Positions 28,231-42,355 are shown, numbered from the stretch's first letter. The stretch is 64,000 nucleotides of DNA from Eledone cirrhosa (GCA_964016885.1 OZ024742.1:305784001-305848000); one strand, 5' to 3'. A program made the numbers and translations. The notes: generated by a model from the letters alone, not told the origin.

Positions 28231-28266
28231 CTTTTGAAAAGCACAAGGACTGCGAAACCGGTAAAG
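28231..28266 (+). ncRNA. Minimal type I hammerhead, U3:A8 core variant
   Basis: CTT-TTGAAAA-GCA caaggac TGC-GAAA-CCGG-TA-AAG. Confidence 0.65.
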
Positions 28267-28362
28267 GAACCAAATAAATATATATATATTTTTTTAAATA
28301 AGACTCCAGTTGCATTTTCGATTTCATCTTTTTTTCTCTCTCTCTCTCTATATATATATATT

Positions 28363-28557
28363 GGAACAATTATGACACCGACGGCAGAGCTCAAGCCGTT
28401 TCGACGGGTAATTCTGAACTAAAACAGAATTAGCCGTCGAAACGGCTTGAGCTCTGCCGTCGGGGTCATAATTGTTCCTATTACCCACTCTACTACCTTA
28501 AGTATTGAGTACTTTGGTGCGTTATAGTCCATCTGGTTCCTTACCACATTTCCTTCG

Positions 28558-28560
<3 letters not shown>
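28363..28560 (+). mobile_element. Family P fold-back element, copy E
   Basis: Same structure, with intact GAAACGGC-ttgagctct-GCCGTC-GGGGTC. Confidence 0.8.
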
Positions 28561-28604
<44 letters not shown>

Positions 28605-28804
28605 AATATATATATATACAAATATATATAAGCAAAGAGACATTTAATTTGTTGGTAATTCAACAAATATATTTATAACATATTCGAAGCACTCGACAGA
28701 TTTCTGGAGTATAATATCAATGATATTAATGACTATCCAAACGGAACATGAACCGTTAAGGTCTGATTCCTGGGTATGTCACTATTTATAAAACAAATTT
28801 TGTA

Positions 28805-28861
28805 TTTTATCTGATGAGAGCGTACCAAAGTTTTGGTACCCTTGAAATATATATAATAGAA
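28805..28861 (+). ncRNA. Minimal type I hammerhead ribozyme
   Basis: TTTTAT-CTGATGA-GAGcGTACCAA agtt TTGGTACcCTT-GAAA-TATATA-TA-ATAGAA. Followed by aataaa and a tail to (TA)n. A 3' fragment of the same element lies at about 2887-2965. Confidence 0.75.
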
Positions 28862-28904
28862 TAAATATGGTTTTATAAATATAGTTTCCATTTATTAATA
28901 TCAT

Positions 28905-29029
<125 letters not shown>

Positions 29030-29055
29030 TGTCTTGAGCGGGTAAATTTCCCGAG

Positions 29056-29098
<43 letters not shown>

Positions 29099-29129
29099 CT
29101 ATATATATATATGTATATGTATATATATG

Positions 29130-29166
<37 letters not shown>

Positions 29167-29666
29167 GTTTACGTATTCATGTATTTTTATGCTTGCATAT
29201 GCATAAATGTGTTCTTCTAAATATTCAAATATGTCTATATTTCCATTTTCATCTATGTGTATTTATGTATTCTGTGTAACTATTTCTATTTAACTAGTTA
29301 CCAAGAAAACGCCGTAAAAATATTATTCCAAAGAACCTATATTTTAACAAAGGCATATATAATGGGTGTCTATATGGGCAAATGTGTGAAAGGAAATTGG
29401 AACGTTAACTTTTCTTACCTGACTGAAGTGTGACCCTTACACTGACTTTTCTTCTTTCTTTCTTTTTTCTCTTTTTTTATTCTCTGACGGAGAGGTGGTA
29501 GTACATTATAAGCCTTCGCCCCTTCACCAGATGGCCATTAGTAGACCGAATAGCCATCACTTGAGGGCGACTGACATAGGTGAAAATAGCTAGTTGATCA
29601 GTCGTCCTCTCTGTCTCTGATTTTCGGACCCATGGATTTTATTATATTCCTTTGTTATATTTCGAA

Positions 29667-29722
29667 TACCTGATGATATCACCGGATTCATACGGAACCC
29701 GGTCATTGAAATGATCATAGTA
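29667..29722 (+). ncRNA. Minimal type I hammerhead ribozyme
   Basis: TAC-CTGATGA-T-ATcACCGG...CCGGTcAT-T-GAAA-TGATCA-TA-GTA, with palindromic stem III ATGATCAT and aataaa just downstream. Confidence 0.75.
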
Positions 29723-29914
29723 CAATAAACTTTTCAAGGATTTACACCAGTCCAGCCTCCTGTTATTTTATTCATAATAATGGTGGTCCGTATTCGAACC
29801 ACCAACTACACAAACGAAGACGGGTGAACTGCACTACGTTGAGTACTTTCCATAATATTACATCAAGATTGACCATACGGAATGACCAATTCTATCCGGT
29901 GGTGAACCAACAAA

Positions 29915-30076
<162 letters not shown>

Positions 30077-30288
30077 CAGATATAGGTGCATGGCTTAGTG
30101 GTTAGAGCATTGGGCTTGCAGTCGAAAGGTTGTGAGTTCAATTCTCGGACCGGGTGATGTGTTGTTTCCTTGAGCATGACACTTTATTTCACGTTGCTCC
30201 AGTTTACTCAATTGTAGAGATGATAGGACTGGGGTCCCCATCATTAAATCACCCAAGACACCTCCAACGAGATATACCTTGGAGCTGT

Positions 30289-30328
<40 letters not shown>

Positions 30329-30366
30329 GAAGTGGTTGTGGTTGCACAACAGTTAGTTCACCATAC

Positions 30367-30404
30367 CGAAAACAATTGTTTCACCATAGCGGATCCTCAG
30401 CTCG
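30367..30404 (-). ncRNA. Minimal type I hammerhead in the PLE pseudo-LTR
   Basis: CGAG-CTGAGGA-T-CC gctat GG-T-GAAA-CAATTG-TT-TTCG, with palindromic stem III ACAATTGT. Confidence 0.75.
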
Positions 30405-31602
30405 TAATGGGCATGTTTATACGGTACAGGAAGGACAACCGTACGAACGCGCATGCGCAGAAACTCGTCACTTCACACAGGCAATACTAAAATGCGTGCG
30501 AGAGGTGTAAGGGAGATAACTGCGAAAGTCCGAAAAGTTTTTAGTTGATAAGAAAAAATATTGATGTTGTTACAATAATTCATTCAATCCGGAGCTTGCA
30601 GTTATGCAATAGGTGTTTCGAGACGTGTGGGCAACGTGTGAAAAATTCATTCCTCGTGTTTAGACAATCACTATTGCATAATCTCTTTAGAATATTTATT
30701 CGTTCGTCAATACACAGTCCACACAACGGATTTCCCCTTGCGTATGGCTTGAACTTAGTGATGGCTTTCCATTGAATGGAGTAGTCTAAACTTGAGTCTT
30801 GAGGGACCATACGTGGCTCGCGAGTTTCGTGGATGAACGTCTATCCGGGTACCTAAAGGTCGACTGGTTGTTCAGGAAGCGTTTCTTAAATCGGTCCTCC
30901 GCCATGCCTACATAGGATTTGACCTCCTGTGGTTGGTTTGGTCGGTTGGAAGTGACCACAGCTTCATAAATTACAGCTGGTGTGTTGCATTGCTGTTGAA
31001 GGAGGCAAGCCTCGGGCTTACGGCAAGCGCATCCTGGTGGAGTGTTGCTGCTAGGGCTGCTTGTGATGTGGGCCTTCATGTTCTTAGCGCAGGAGTATCC
31101 TAGTTTAACTTTGTGTCGGTTAAAGATGGAGCGGTATTCATGACCTATGGGGAAGTGTCTATCTAAGAGGGCTAGACATTTTTTGCCTACATTGGTTTTA
31201 ACGTTGAGCGAGAAGGTAGGAGAGAACCAGATGGTTTGTCTACTGTTGCGCTTTCTTTTCTTATTGGTGTTGTTGATAGTGGGAGAATAAGTGATAGGTT
31301 GTGAGACGCCGCTGTTAGCTAACGCCGTGTTATATTAGGGTGCCGCCCTGTCAAAGATAGCCTTATTAGAGGAGTAGTTTGAGATTCTAGTACTGATATT
31401 ATTACTGAAGTTTCTAAAAACAGTGGGAGGGTGGCATGAGTCCTTGTGAATGTAATTGAGTTTTTCGTTTAGCTTATGGAATGGCCTGTGTGTGTGCGAA
31501 GGTCTAAATTAATGTCTAAGAAATCTACGCTAGAGAGGTTGGTAGCTACTGTTATCCTATGTTCTAACTAAAGATTCCTGTTCCGTATAACCATGCGTAT
31601 TA

Positions 31603-31640
31603 CGAGATGAGGATCCGCTAAGGTGAAACAGTTGTTCTCG
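31603..31640 (+). ncRNA. Hammerhead copy in the inverted pseudo-LTR (core C3 mutated)
   Basis: CGAG-ATGAGGA-TCC gctaa GGT-GAAA-CAGTTG-TT-CTCG. Confidence 0.6.
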
Positions 31641-31756
31641 GTATGGTGAACTAACTGTTGTGTAACCACTTCTACCTAACTCGTCCCATGGACTGAGTGC
31701 TCTAGAAGGTTATATCCGTAGTGGTAGAGCACTCAGTCCATGGGACGAGTTAGGTA

Positions 31757-31796
<40 letters not shown>

Positions 31797-31800
<4 letters not shown>

Positions 31801-32325
31801 TAAACGGAAAAGAAAATGCTGACAAATTGTTCACAGTGAAAAATAGTTTAATTAGGAATAAGTGAGAATTAGTAATACATTGGTTAGTATTCAGTTTTGG
31901 TTTTAAGTTTTACCGGTTGCGCATTTCTAATGCTTTTCAAAAACAATTTTGAGATAGAGCGTCCGTGATGTTTGCTCTAATCTGATTAGTTTTGGAAATT
32001 CTACCTGTTTTTATGTGAAAAAAGTGGCTCCAGCGGTATTAAAATAAGTTTCGCGCCAATTCGTGTTGCAAAAATTATTGTGGTCAAAACAATTTTGATT
32101 GGTCGGTAGAGGTCATATGAATGTTAAAAATTGATTTTGCGCCAAATGTAGGTTTGTGTTGGCTGATTGAGAAGTCACTGAAAAATAAGTCTTTCAAAAC
32201 AAATATGTGTGTGTGTGTGTGTGTATGTGTAGTAGTAGTAAAGAGGTTCGTTGTTGTGATAATGGTCAGCAGGGATGTGTGTGCGAACCGCAGCCTGTTG
32301 ACAGTTCAAATGCCTATTAAGACAA

Positions 32326-32389
<64 letters not shown>

Positions 32390-33877
32390 AGCAGAGTAAT
32401 TCGTGGTAGAGGGATGATCAGTAGGAATGTGTCTGTAAGTGTGTGGGGGATATTTTAACATGTTAAAAGATATTTTTCAGCTCTTGTCTTATACGGAGAA
32501 GTGTGTGTGTGTGTGTGTCTGTGTGTGTGTGTCTTTGTATGTTAATGTACGCGTGTGTATGTGTGTGAGAATGTGTGTGTGTGTGGGTGGACCAGTATTT
32601 ATTTTTGTGATACTGGTAAAATGGTGTACATTATTCGATATTTTCAGTAAAAACGATTCTCTCAATAGAATATCAAAAACCTCAATAATAAAAGGTGTGA
32701 AATGATATATAGTATTGGCATAATACCAAGGTGTGTGTGAGTGTCCAGATTGTACGTACTGCAAGGGGAATCCATTAGGCCTTGCCGTATTGGAATACTT
32801 GTGTACAAATATGTATGTGCCCATCAGTGTGCAATGCAGGTGTGCGTTTATGTATGTGTATGTGTCGGCACGTTTATATCTATAGACATCAAAAGGTATG
32901 CACATTTGTGTATATTTTTGTTGCACCATAGAACATGTGTCTTTACGTATGCCATTGTGTTTATATGTGGATAGAGATGTATGCTGATGTAGGTATGTAT
33001 GTTGACGTGTGTATGTTGTGGGTTCGTCTTAGGGAGAAGTGTTTAGACGGGATCCGTATTTGTTAATAAAGTAAGATTCCTTGCTGATGGGCTGGGTGTG
33101 GGTGGCATTATCTTTAAATTTGTAGAGGGGAAAGATTCTGAAGTTGGGATGGTTTGGGGCGGCACAGGCATCAATGTGTTCACTCAGTGGTATTTTCCTG
33201 TATTCCCGTATTTTAATTTGGGATCTATGGACAGTCATGCGTTGGCGGAGGCTGTTTTTGGTCTGGCCTATGTATTGTTCTCGACAACTTGAGCAAGTTA
33301 ATACATATATTAGATTTTCTGATGCGCATGTGAAATTGTGTTTTACTATAAAACGTTGTTCTTCTTTGAAATAGAACCCTCTATTGGGTTGATGCATATG
33401 CCACAGTTGGGTCTATCGCATTTTTTTACTGTGGGTTTCGTTGTTATGGTTGGCAGTACATTGGCATGTGTTAGGATGTTTTTCATTGACTTAGATTGTC
33501 TTTTGCTCTTTATGATATCGTGTGTTCGTAGGATTTGGTTCATTCTATGGTCCTTTTTCAACACAGGGATGTTCTGGAGGATGGTGTCAAAGGCCTCATT
33601 GTTGAGGGGGTTGTGTGTGGAGATGTATGGAAGAGCTTTTAGTTTTGGTTGATTTACTTTAGGGTGTCTAAGGTCCTGGGTACTGAGTTTTAGGGCACGT
33701 TGGATTCCATTGTCAATTAGTGATGCAGGGTAGTCCCTGCCTATGAGTGTGTCCTTTAGTTCTTGTAGCCGTAAGTAGCAGGTGTTTTTATTGGAGACTA
33801 TAGTACAGATTCTCTTGGCTAAGTTGTAGGGAATATTAATCTTAACGTGTCTAGGGTGGCAAGAGTTGAAAAGAAGA
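31797..33877 (-). mobile_element. Penelope-like retroelement (Neptune-like), 5'-truncated, with a long 3' UTR
   Basis: RT thumb (FNSCHPRHVKINIPY), Zn-finger KKCDRPNCGIC, and GIY-YIG TCASENLIYVLTCSSCREQYIGQT...R...H...ESYFINKYGSRLN (33029-33397). Flanked by (TA)n. Confidence 0.85.
31907..31944 (-). ncRNA. Degenerate U3:A8 hammerhead in the Neptune-like 3' region
   Basis: GTTT-TTGAAAA-GCAT tagaa ATGC-GCAA-CCGG-TA-AAAC; GAAA is mutated to GCAA. Confidence 0.55.
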
Positions 33878-33948
33878 TATATATATATATATATACATAT
33901 ATATATACATAATGTAAGATCAAAAGATGGTTAAAAGAGTTCCAAGTA

Positions 33949-34015
33949 TTTTATTATGCGCATTTCAAAAACAAATATCATCATGGGATGATGTCTGCGT
34001 TCTCATCAGATAAAA
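33949..34015 (-). ncRNA. Minimal type I hammerhead ribozyme
   Basis: TTTTAT-CTGATGA-GAAC...GTTTTT-GAAA-TGCGCA-TA-ATAAAA. Same family as 41592. Confidence 0.75.
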
Positions 34016-34365
34016 TATGAAGCTTAAAAAATACTTGTGACCAGTGAAGTTTTAAATCAATATATGAAAAATAAATTAAGATGGATATATGATATTGGTA
34101 AAAAGTGAGAGGGGTTTGGAAAAGGTAAGGAAGAGGAAGAAATAAGAGTAAAGGATGGTGGGGGATGAGTATAAGAAGGAAGGATGAGAGAGGAGGAGAG
34201 ATGGGTGATAGAGAGAGAGAGATAGCCTTTACAACTGAGAACAAATATTGTCTCACAGAGAGAAATTAAAAAGCCGTTGGAAGATAATAGATAATTTAAA
34301 AGATTTTGAAATTAAATTTAATGAGGTTTATGTTACAATAAAACTCACCTCCTACATATATATAT

Positions 34366-34499
<134 letters not shown>

Positions 34500-34550
34500 T
34501 TGTGTTGGTAAGATTCTGACTGCCGTTACTTGAACAACGGGTTGGTCGAG

Positions 34551-34620
<70 letters not shown>

Positions 34621-34733
34621 CAGCAGCAGTAGCAGCAGTGTGAACATAGAGATAATGCAGTCGGTAGTGATTATGTTTGAAGGCAACGAGGTCATTATCG
34701 GGGGTAGCTGGGATGCGTATGTATGCGTGTAAT

Positions 34734-34768
<35 letters not shown>

Positions 34769-35312
34769 GTGTGTGTGTGTGTGGATATACGTGTGTATGT
34801 GTGTGTTTGGCTAACAAAATGAAAAGAGGTCTCTTTACGTTATGTTCCCCTCTGTTAATTGTTGCTATGACACCGAGTAACAACACTGTCGTTCAAAAGC
34901 TATCACCACCACCACCTCCACTACTACTACTACTACTACTACAACTACTTTAACTATTACTACTACTACTACAATAAGCAAACATCACTGATAACATATA
35001 TCAGCGATAATCAATTGGGTTTTTAGACAAGAAACCACAGAACTATGAAGAGAAACATCAATGCCGACAACAACAATAACAATAATAACAGTGGTATAGG
35101 ACAAGAGAAGACAGCAACAAAAACAAAGATTGCTTTTAAATCACGCACACTACCACTACCAGCCCCACCACTCTCACACCACTACCATAAACATCCCCCA
35201 CGCCCCACGAGAACACTCCCATTACGATCACAATCACCAACACCACCATCCATATAATCACCACAGGATAATATATGAAGAAACAGAAAATTTCATCAAG
35301 AGCGACAGAAAA

Positions 35313-35498
<186 letters not shown>

Positions 35499-35629
35499 CA
35501 TTTATCTCATTACCGACGCGATGGACTCTCAAGTCGATTTTGACTTAGTCTGAACCAGTTGTATAAGTTATTTATCTATTTATCTATTTATTTATTTATT
35601 TATTGTGTGATGATAAACAAGAGAAATCA

Positions 35630-35720
35630 TTTTATAGCGCTTATAACAATTATTTTATAGCGCTTATAACAAGTATTTTATTGCGCTTATAACAAGTATT
35701 TTATTGCGCTTATAACAAGA
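35630..35720. repeat. 23-bp minisatellite, four copies
   Basis: ttttat(a/t)gcgcttataacaa(g/t)ta in tandem. Confidence 0.85.
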
Positions 35721-35900
35721 TATCAGAAATGGAGTCGAGGCGAATGTTCAACTGTCACATTACCAATCATAGTAACATAGTAATTTTTATCCTACAAATA
35801 GCATAGCAGCTGATAGAGTAATGAGGATACAACAGATTCGTGTCATTGCTCTTTGCTGCTGGTGGACACAATCAATTTCAGATTTTCAGATTGTTGAAAG

Positions 35901-35939
<39 letters not shown>

Positions 35940-36143
35940 CTATAAGGGACATTAGGTACAATCCATCTGGGGGGATTCCAAACAGTTACAGTTTCAGCAC
36001 AATTTTCTTTACAAGCTGTGGGTCGAGCCGTTGGTATGATATCTTGTCAAATTATCACGGAAGCGGTCAAATCTAACGCTTAAGAATCGATTGAGAACAT
36101 AAATTCTTCACCCTTATATTTTAGTCTTCAAATTTATTTTTAT

Positions 36144-36218
<75 letters not shown>

Positions 36219-37017
36219 TACAAAACGTAAACGGATAAACAATTCACGAAAACGATACAATACAATGAAGATATATGTTAGAGCCACGCTTGATGTATTA
36301 GGAAAGATCTTCACTCTTCACGAGATAGGTTGAGAAGAAAAATAGAAGAAATAGAAAGATGAACGAGATTGAGAAGAGGAAGAAATGAGAAAAAAAATTG
36401 AAGAGACTGCAAGTGTGCGTTTAGTTACCAAATTTGGGGAAGTCTATATGCATATATATTGATGTTACTCGTCCATCTGTGTATTGGTATTGGGGCAATT
36501 CTAAACAAACAGTTTCTCTCTATCTCTCTCTCTCAATATATATACAGCAGAACATGTTATTCTTCATTCTTTTACCATATATATATATATATCTTTCGAA
36601 ATACATAGGATTTCCTTGTTGACGCTTACATATATACATAGATAAGTCTGTAGGTATGATAGAAGGAGAAGTGAAGGGATAGTTCTTGAATATCTAGATA
36701 ATACACTGTCTACTTCCTTAGTTTATACAAACACACAAGCACAGAGATGATTGTTCCATTTTACTTTGTGTACGTCAATATACTGTGTCATTTGCTTTGT
36801 TATTTCTGTTTACCTTTTACACACTAATACACACACACACACTCACACACACACAAATACACACACACACACACACACATACACGCACACACACACACTC
36901 ACACACATATATATATATATATACATACATACATACATACATATATACATACATACATACATACATACATACATACATACATACATACATACATACATAC
37001 ATACATACATACATACA

Positions 37018-37390
37018 TGAGGATTGATTGCAGCGTCTTCACAGATGATTTCCGTCTCATTGATTCTTCGTTATCATCCAATCTGCGTCCATGACTTCGT
37101 AGATGACTTTGTAGGCCAGCTGTAGCTCTGCATGGTTTACGACACAGGTGACAGGAAAGAGTTGTGCTTTCCACAGGACCGGTGGGGTCACCGTGTGGGA
37201 CACAATCTTTATATACCACCATGTGTGTTTTTTAGTTCGGAACTAGTTCTACACTCTTTGTTGAATATCACGCACGTTGTTTCGGCAGGTCTCTGTTGAG
37301 TGGTGTTATGGGTGGTTATCGTTTCATGTGACTTTAGCTGATTAACATAAACAGTCTTTGAGAGGAGTATACGCCTACAGAAATTGCATA
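37018..37390 (-). mobile_element. 5'-truncated RTE-type LINE 3' end with degenerate C2H2 zinc fingers
   Basis: CNFCRRILLSK...LKSHE, a degenerate middle finger, then CHLCRKPCRATAGLQSHLRSHGRR. (ATGT)n on both sides. Confidence 0.6.
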
Positions 37391-37399
37391 CATACATAC

Positions 37400-37430
<31 letters not shown>

Positions 37431-38957
37431 CATACATACATACATACATACATACATACATACATACATACATACACCTTTAGCTTCATACCCATCATTA
37501 TTGGAGCTACGGGTTATATACCAACCCGCTTGGACCAAAGTATGACTGAACTTGGATTTGCGGACAAAAAGCGCCACTCCCTAATTCATAGTCTACAAAT
37601 GGCTGCGATAGCTGGCACCTTCAAAATTTTCAAAACATTCTTGCGATTCAAGGGATGACAATTTCTTTTGTTTTACAAACTTGCCACCAGGAAGGTGGCC
37701 GGTCAAAAAAAATATACTCGAAATTAAGAGAAAGAGATAACATACATACAGAAACAGAAAGACCACAACTAGTTAGAAAATTAAAAGTACAATCTATTAA
37801 TGGAACGGTAAAAATAGGTAAAACATCCCCAAACCTTTGCATCTAATAACTTCATATACACATGTACAGATTCAACGCATAAGCACATGCACACATACAA
37901 CTCAAAACATACACATCCACACGTACAATTACATCCATACTTGCCCACACAAGCATGCATACATGCATACATATTTACCCAGTTGATGTGTAAATTCCAA
38001 TGAGAGAGTCTTGTATCTATGTTAGAAACAGACTCTCCATCTATTGGCAAAAATTTGTGAAATTATAAAACCAGAAGAACATACATACATACATACATAC
38101 ATACATACATACATACATACATACACACATACATACATAAATACATACATACATTCATACATGCATGCATGCACATACATATAGTAGACTACAAGTGCGT
38201 TACATGTATATTCTTCAATCAAAATAGCACACTAAATTACAGATATTGTAAAGTTATTTGGTTATTTGAAACATGTAATTTTCAGCTAACCGAAGTACAT
38301 TATCCGCCCGATATTGAGTACTATTCTTCCGTTCATTAATATGTACAAACATATATGTGGTGATATGTGGGGACTCTTGAATATGTAAATAAACGTGCAT
38401 GTGAGTGTAAGATTTCGAGGAGGGTAAAAAGGAGACAGAATATCGATACATTTGAATAGATGCATTTACCTGCACTAATAGAAATAATAATATGCACATA
38501 TGCATAATATACATGACATACATGTTTTGCAAACATTGACACAATACTCTGTACTTCCAGACCACCTCTTATATGGGCGCAAAATGCCATACGTGCATAC
38601 ACACAAATAATTATGTATGTATATATATATAGATATATATATATATATGAAGTTGCTTGTGTGTACATCTATAAATTTAAGATGTTTTGTATGTTTCTAA
38701 AATCCCTTTTCTCAAAGGATCTATCTGCCAAATGCATCTTGACATGAGCAGTCACAGTCCCCGTACAGCGATGTTTTGCAACAATGCACATTATATTGCC
38801 AACTTAAGTGTATGCATGTATACAAAAGCATATGCATAAACACATGCATCCTAGAATACTTTATTGGCACAGGGAGAAAATCTACTTTGAGAAAAGTATC
38901 CGTTTGTCATGTATTTCTCGTGAACACAATTGAAGCACACACACACACACATATATA

Positions 38958-39023
<66 letters not shown>

Positions 39024-39086
39024 TGTGTGTATATATGAGTGAGAGAGGGATAAAAAGAAAGATAGAGAGAGATAGGGAGAGAGATA

Positions 39087-39191
<105 letters not shown>

Positions 39192-40360
39192 GCATCTATG
39201 AGTGCACATTCATATTTAGATATAACGCATGAATTCTATACCTAAGTAATATCTTCATCATGCACACACAGGGATACACGTGCTTACACACACACACTCT
39301 ATTAAGTTCTTCATGGAAACGCACATATACTATTGCTTGTAAATTTACATAAATACATGGATTTAAAAATACGCTTGCATACTTATAGATATTAGCTTAC
39401 ATAGCTTACAAAGTGCGAGCACTCGTTAAATTCCTGACAGTTAGCATAGCTTCTTATGTAAGTTCATGATCTTCATTCATGCATATGTGTGTTTGTTTGT
39501 GGTTGTTTACAGTATGTGCATGCATTTCTAGATAAATACATGTATGTATATGCGAATCTAGATAAATACATCATCCGAATCATTAATTTATCACTTATAT
39601 GTAAATATAAACAGTATATTAAGAATGCAGTAGTTCTTAAGTCGTTTGGCGAATATGCCCTTCAGTGGATCACAGCGCAGGGCAGCTTATATCAAATATT
39701 TATTACGTCAGAATAACTGTTTGATGTTAGTAAGGATAATAAAAATAATGCTTTCGTTATCATACACTGGGTCCAAAATTGTGGTAATTTATTTGCCACA
39801 AGTCAACCATGGCTGAGTAAACCTCTGATCACATGTGACCATTTCATTTTTTTTTTAAAGGGTATCCAACGTGTATTCTTATTTACAACGGTTGTGGTTT
39901 GTGGGAGATGCGGCTGTTATCTGTAGGAAGTTGAGCAGCCACGAATTTGTTCCCTCTTTAGGGCCGCAATGCTATAGATGTGGTGACGCGCTGTAAATAC
40001 CTAATAATTTTGAATCATTATAATGCTGGTACTTATACTATCGAATGTTTTTGTAAAAGCTGTTGAATCAATAATCAGTGTGAATATTCTTCACAGAAAG
40101 TCATTTTTAGTTAATTCTGTCGACTAATATCAACAGAATTAACACCAGCCTGTTCTGGTATCAATTTTATAAAAATGTAAAGATTATTCCTGTTGGATTT
40201 GAACTCGCAAACGAAAGTGTCTCATTAATATAAAGTAATTCAATACCACTGGTGTTTCCGGTTGATATTTTTCTCTGTACATTTTCTAGATATGTATCAA
40301 AAGGAATTTATTTGTATGTTTTCCAAGTTTTTTATATGAAATCCCGTGTTAAAACAGATA

Positions 40361-40636
40361 TTGTTATATTTTGAGAGGGTCATGTTGTCTTAATATTGGC
40401 AAAAAATATTAAAACACACCCACCGTTTGGTTTGGTTTTCGCTTATATTTATATTTATACCTATATATATATTTAAATATTTAAATTCTGGTCAATCAAG
40501 GATAAACATTGATCGCCAGCTAAAATATTTATAAAAACATTAAAGTTATACTGAAGCGAAAACCAAACCAAACAGTGGGTGCGCTTTCCTATTTTTAGCA
40601 ACAATAGGACAACGTGCTCCTCTCCAAATATAACAA
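40361..40636. mobile_element. MITE with ~85-bp imperfect TIRs
   Basis: TA|ttgttatatttt...gtttggtttggttttcgctt versus aagcgaaaaccaaaccaaac...aaatataacaa|TA. A terminus fragment also lies at about 2574-2604. Confidence 0.6.
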
Positions 40637-41278
40637 TATCAAAAGAAAGCTATTCCAGTTATCTACACCTGATCTGATTTTTCTTCCTCAATGACGTGGA
40701 TAATAAAATATAGGAAGCGATAACGATTTTTTGTTTATGTCCAATGCTACAATAAACGTGACGAGATACTCTCTATTATATCAACATCAATATTGGAGTG
40801 GTATTTTACTTCATCGTCCATAGTAGGTCGACAGAAACAAAGGTGATCTCGGTAAAATATTTTGTTATTGCATTTTGAAGGAGGATATTGTCCACCAGTT
40901 TAGATATCTTGCTAAGTCGACCCTGCTGGTAAATGTTATAGCTAACATTCTCTCTAATCAGCGTTGATACAGTCAGATTAAATTGATTCCATTTCTAGCC
41001 TAGAGCATAGTTTGTATCTCTGAACGAATGAACGACAAAATATACATCAAATGATAAGATTTGAAATTAAAACATAAATGGACGTAACTAATTACTGAAA
41101 GGTATTTTTGCTCGCCAGACTAATGACACTCTCAATCCATAATGATAACATTATGAACAGGTTGTTTATTAGTCAAAAGATCCATGAAGGGAGGGGAGGT
41201 ATTATTAAGATAAATTGCAAAAAGCGTGAAGAAATTACACCATATTTACAAGAATAACATCGAATTCACACGCACACA

Positions 41279-41357
<79 letters not shown>

Positions 41358-41362
<5 letters not shown>

Positions 41363-41694
41363 GGAGGTGAGTTTTATTGTAGTACAATAAAGCAATGCAG
41401 ATATCGGATAAGAAGCACTCTACAGTTTGTAGGACTGGAGTATGCATAATATAAGATCAAAAGATGGTTAAAGGAGTTCCATGTATTTTATTATGCGCAT
41501 TTCAAAAACAAACATCATCATGCAATAATATTTGTGTTTTAAAACTGCACTATCCACAAGTGTTTTTTAACCTTCATATCATGTTCTCCTGTTTTATCTG
41601 ATGAAAACACAAATATTATTGCATGATGATGTTTGTTTTTGAAATGCGCATAATAAAATACATGGAAATCCTTTAACCATCTTTTGATCTTATG

Positions 41695-41698
<4 letters not shown>
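41358..41698. mobile_element. Asymmetric fold-back hammerhead element in (TA)n
   Basis: Arms ~41446-41540 and ~41604-41698 are inverted. The left arm extends to the terminus aataaaactcacctcctaca(TA)n on the minus strand, which also occurs on + at 34337-34356. Confidence 0.7.
41592..41658 (+). ncRNA. Minimal type I hammerhead ribozyme
   Basis: TTTTAT-CTGATGA-AAAC...GTTTTT-GAAA-TGCGCA-TA-ATAAAA, with palindromic stem III ATGCGCAT. Confidence 0.75.
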
Positions 41699-41760
<62 letters not shown>

Positions 41761-41773
41761 ATATATATATATA

Positions 41774-42287
41774 CTAGCAAATGACCCCCGTCCATTGGAC
41801 GGTGTCAGTTCTTGGTAGGGCTGCAATGTTAATGGTCAATTTCCGTGTTGTATGTTTAACTTGGAGGATAATTTTACCTGATCAACTCTTTCAATAAAAA
41901 AAATGAGACGGTATTCAAAAAGAGCAAGTTTTATTTACAGATATGTGTCATTAAAATGTGAACATAGAGAAATGTATCGTTAACCGTGTCGGTTGAACAA
42001 TGTGTATTTTAAAACATCCATCATGTACACACACACAAACACATACACACACAAACATACACACAAACACACACACATACACACACACACATACGCACAC
42101 AATCCCAAGACGTGACGTTGTGGAAGGGGGACAGTTAAGAAGTGTAATAAATAAGTTAAAATTATAAACGCTCTATTTATCATATTCGCGTCACACACAC
42201 TCCTCTCTTTCTTTATTTTACTCTCTCTCTCACTCCTCTCTTTCTATCTCCCTCTCACACATCCTTCTCTCTCTGGCCGTTATGGAA

Positions 42288-42355
<68 letters not shown>

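Larger units (their letters stand above)
27000..28340. mobile_element. Inverted PLE (Neptune-like) pseudo-LTR pair without an ORF
   Basis: ~27080-27260 is an inverted copy of ~28135-28325, and each carries an HHR. Similar to the 3' region of the PLE at 31890-32160. Confidence 0.6.
30329..31756 (-). mobile_element. Penelope-like retroelement (Naiad-like), 5'-truncated, with an inverted pseudo-LTR
   Basis: Minus-strand pseudo-ORF from ~31560 to 30580: VDFLDINLDL...YIHKDSCHPP...IWFSPTFSLNVKTNVGK...CACRKPEACLLQQQC..VIYEA...YVGMAEDRFKKR (GIY-YIG)...CGLCIDER..LNTRNEFFTRCPH. The 3' repeat at 30329-30433 is inverted at 31575-31672. Confidence 0.85.

Noticed and set aside
29552-29612. SECIS element
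   Set aside because: The TGA...AAA...GA spacing gives a helix II much shorter than the canonical 11-12 bp, and no adjacent ORF has an in-frame TGA.
30084-30155. tRNA gene
   Set aside because: A/B boxes are present, but there is no complete cloverleaf and it continues into a SINE body.
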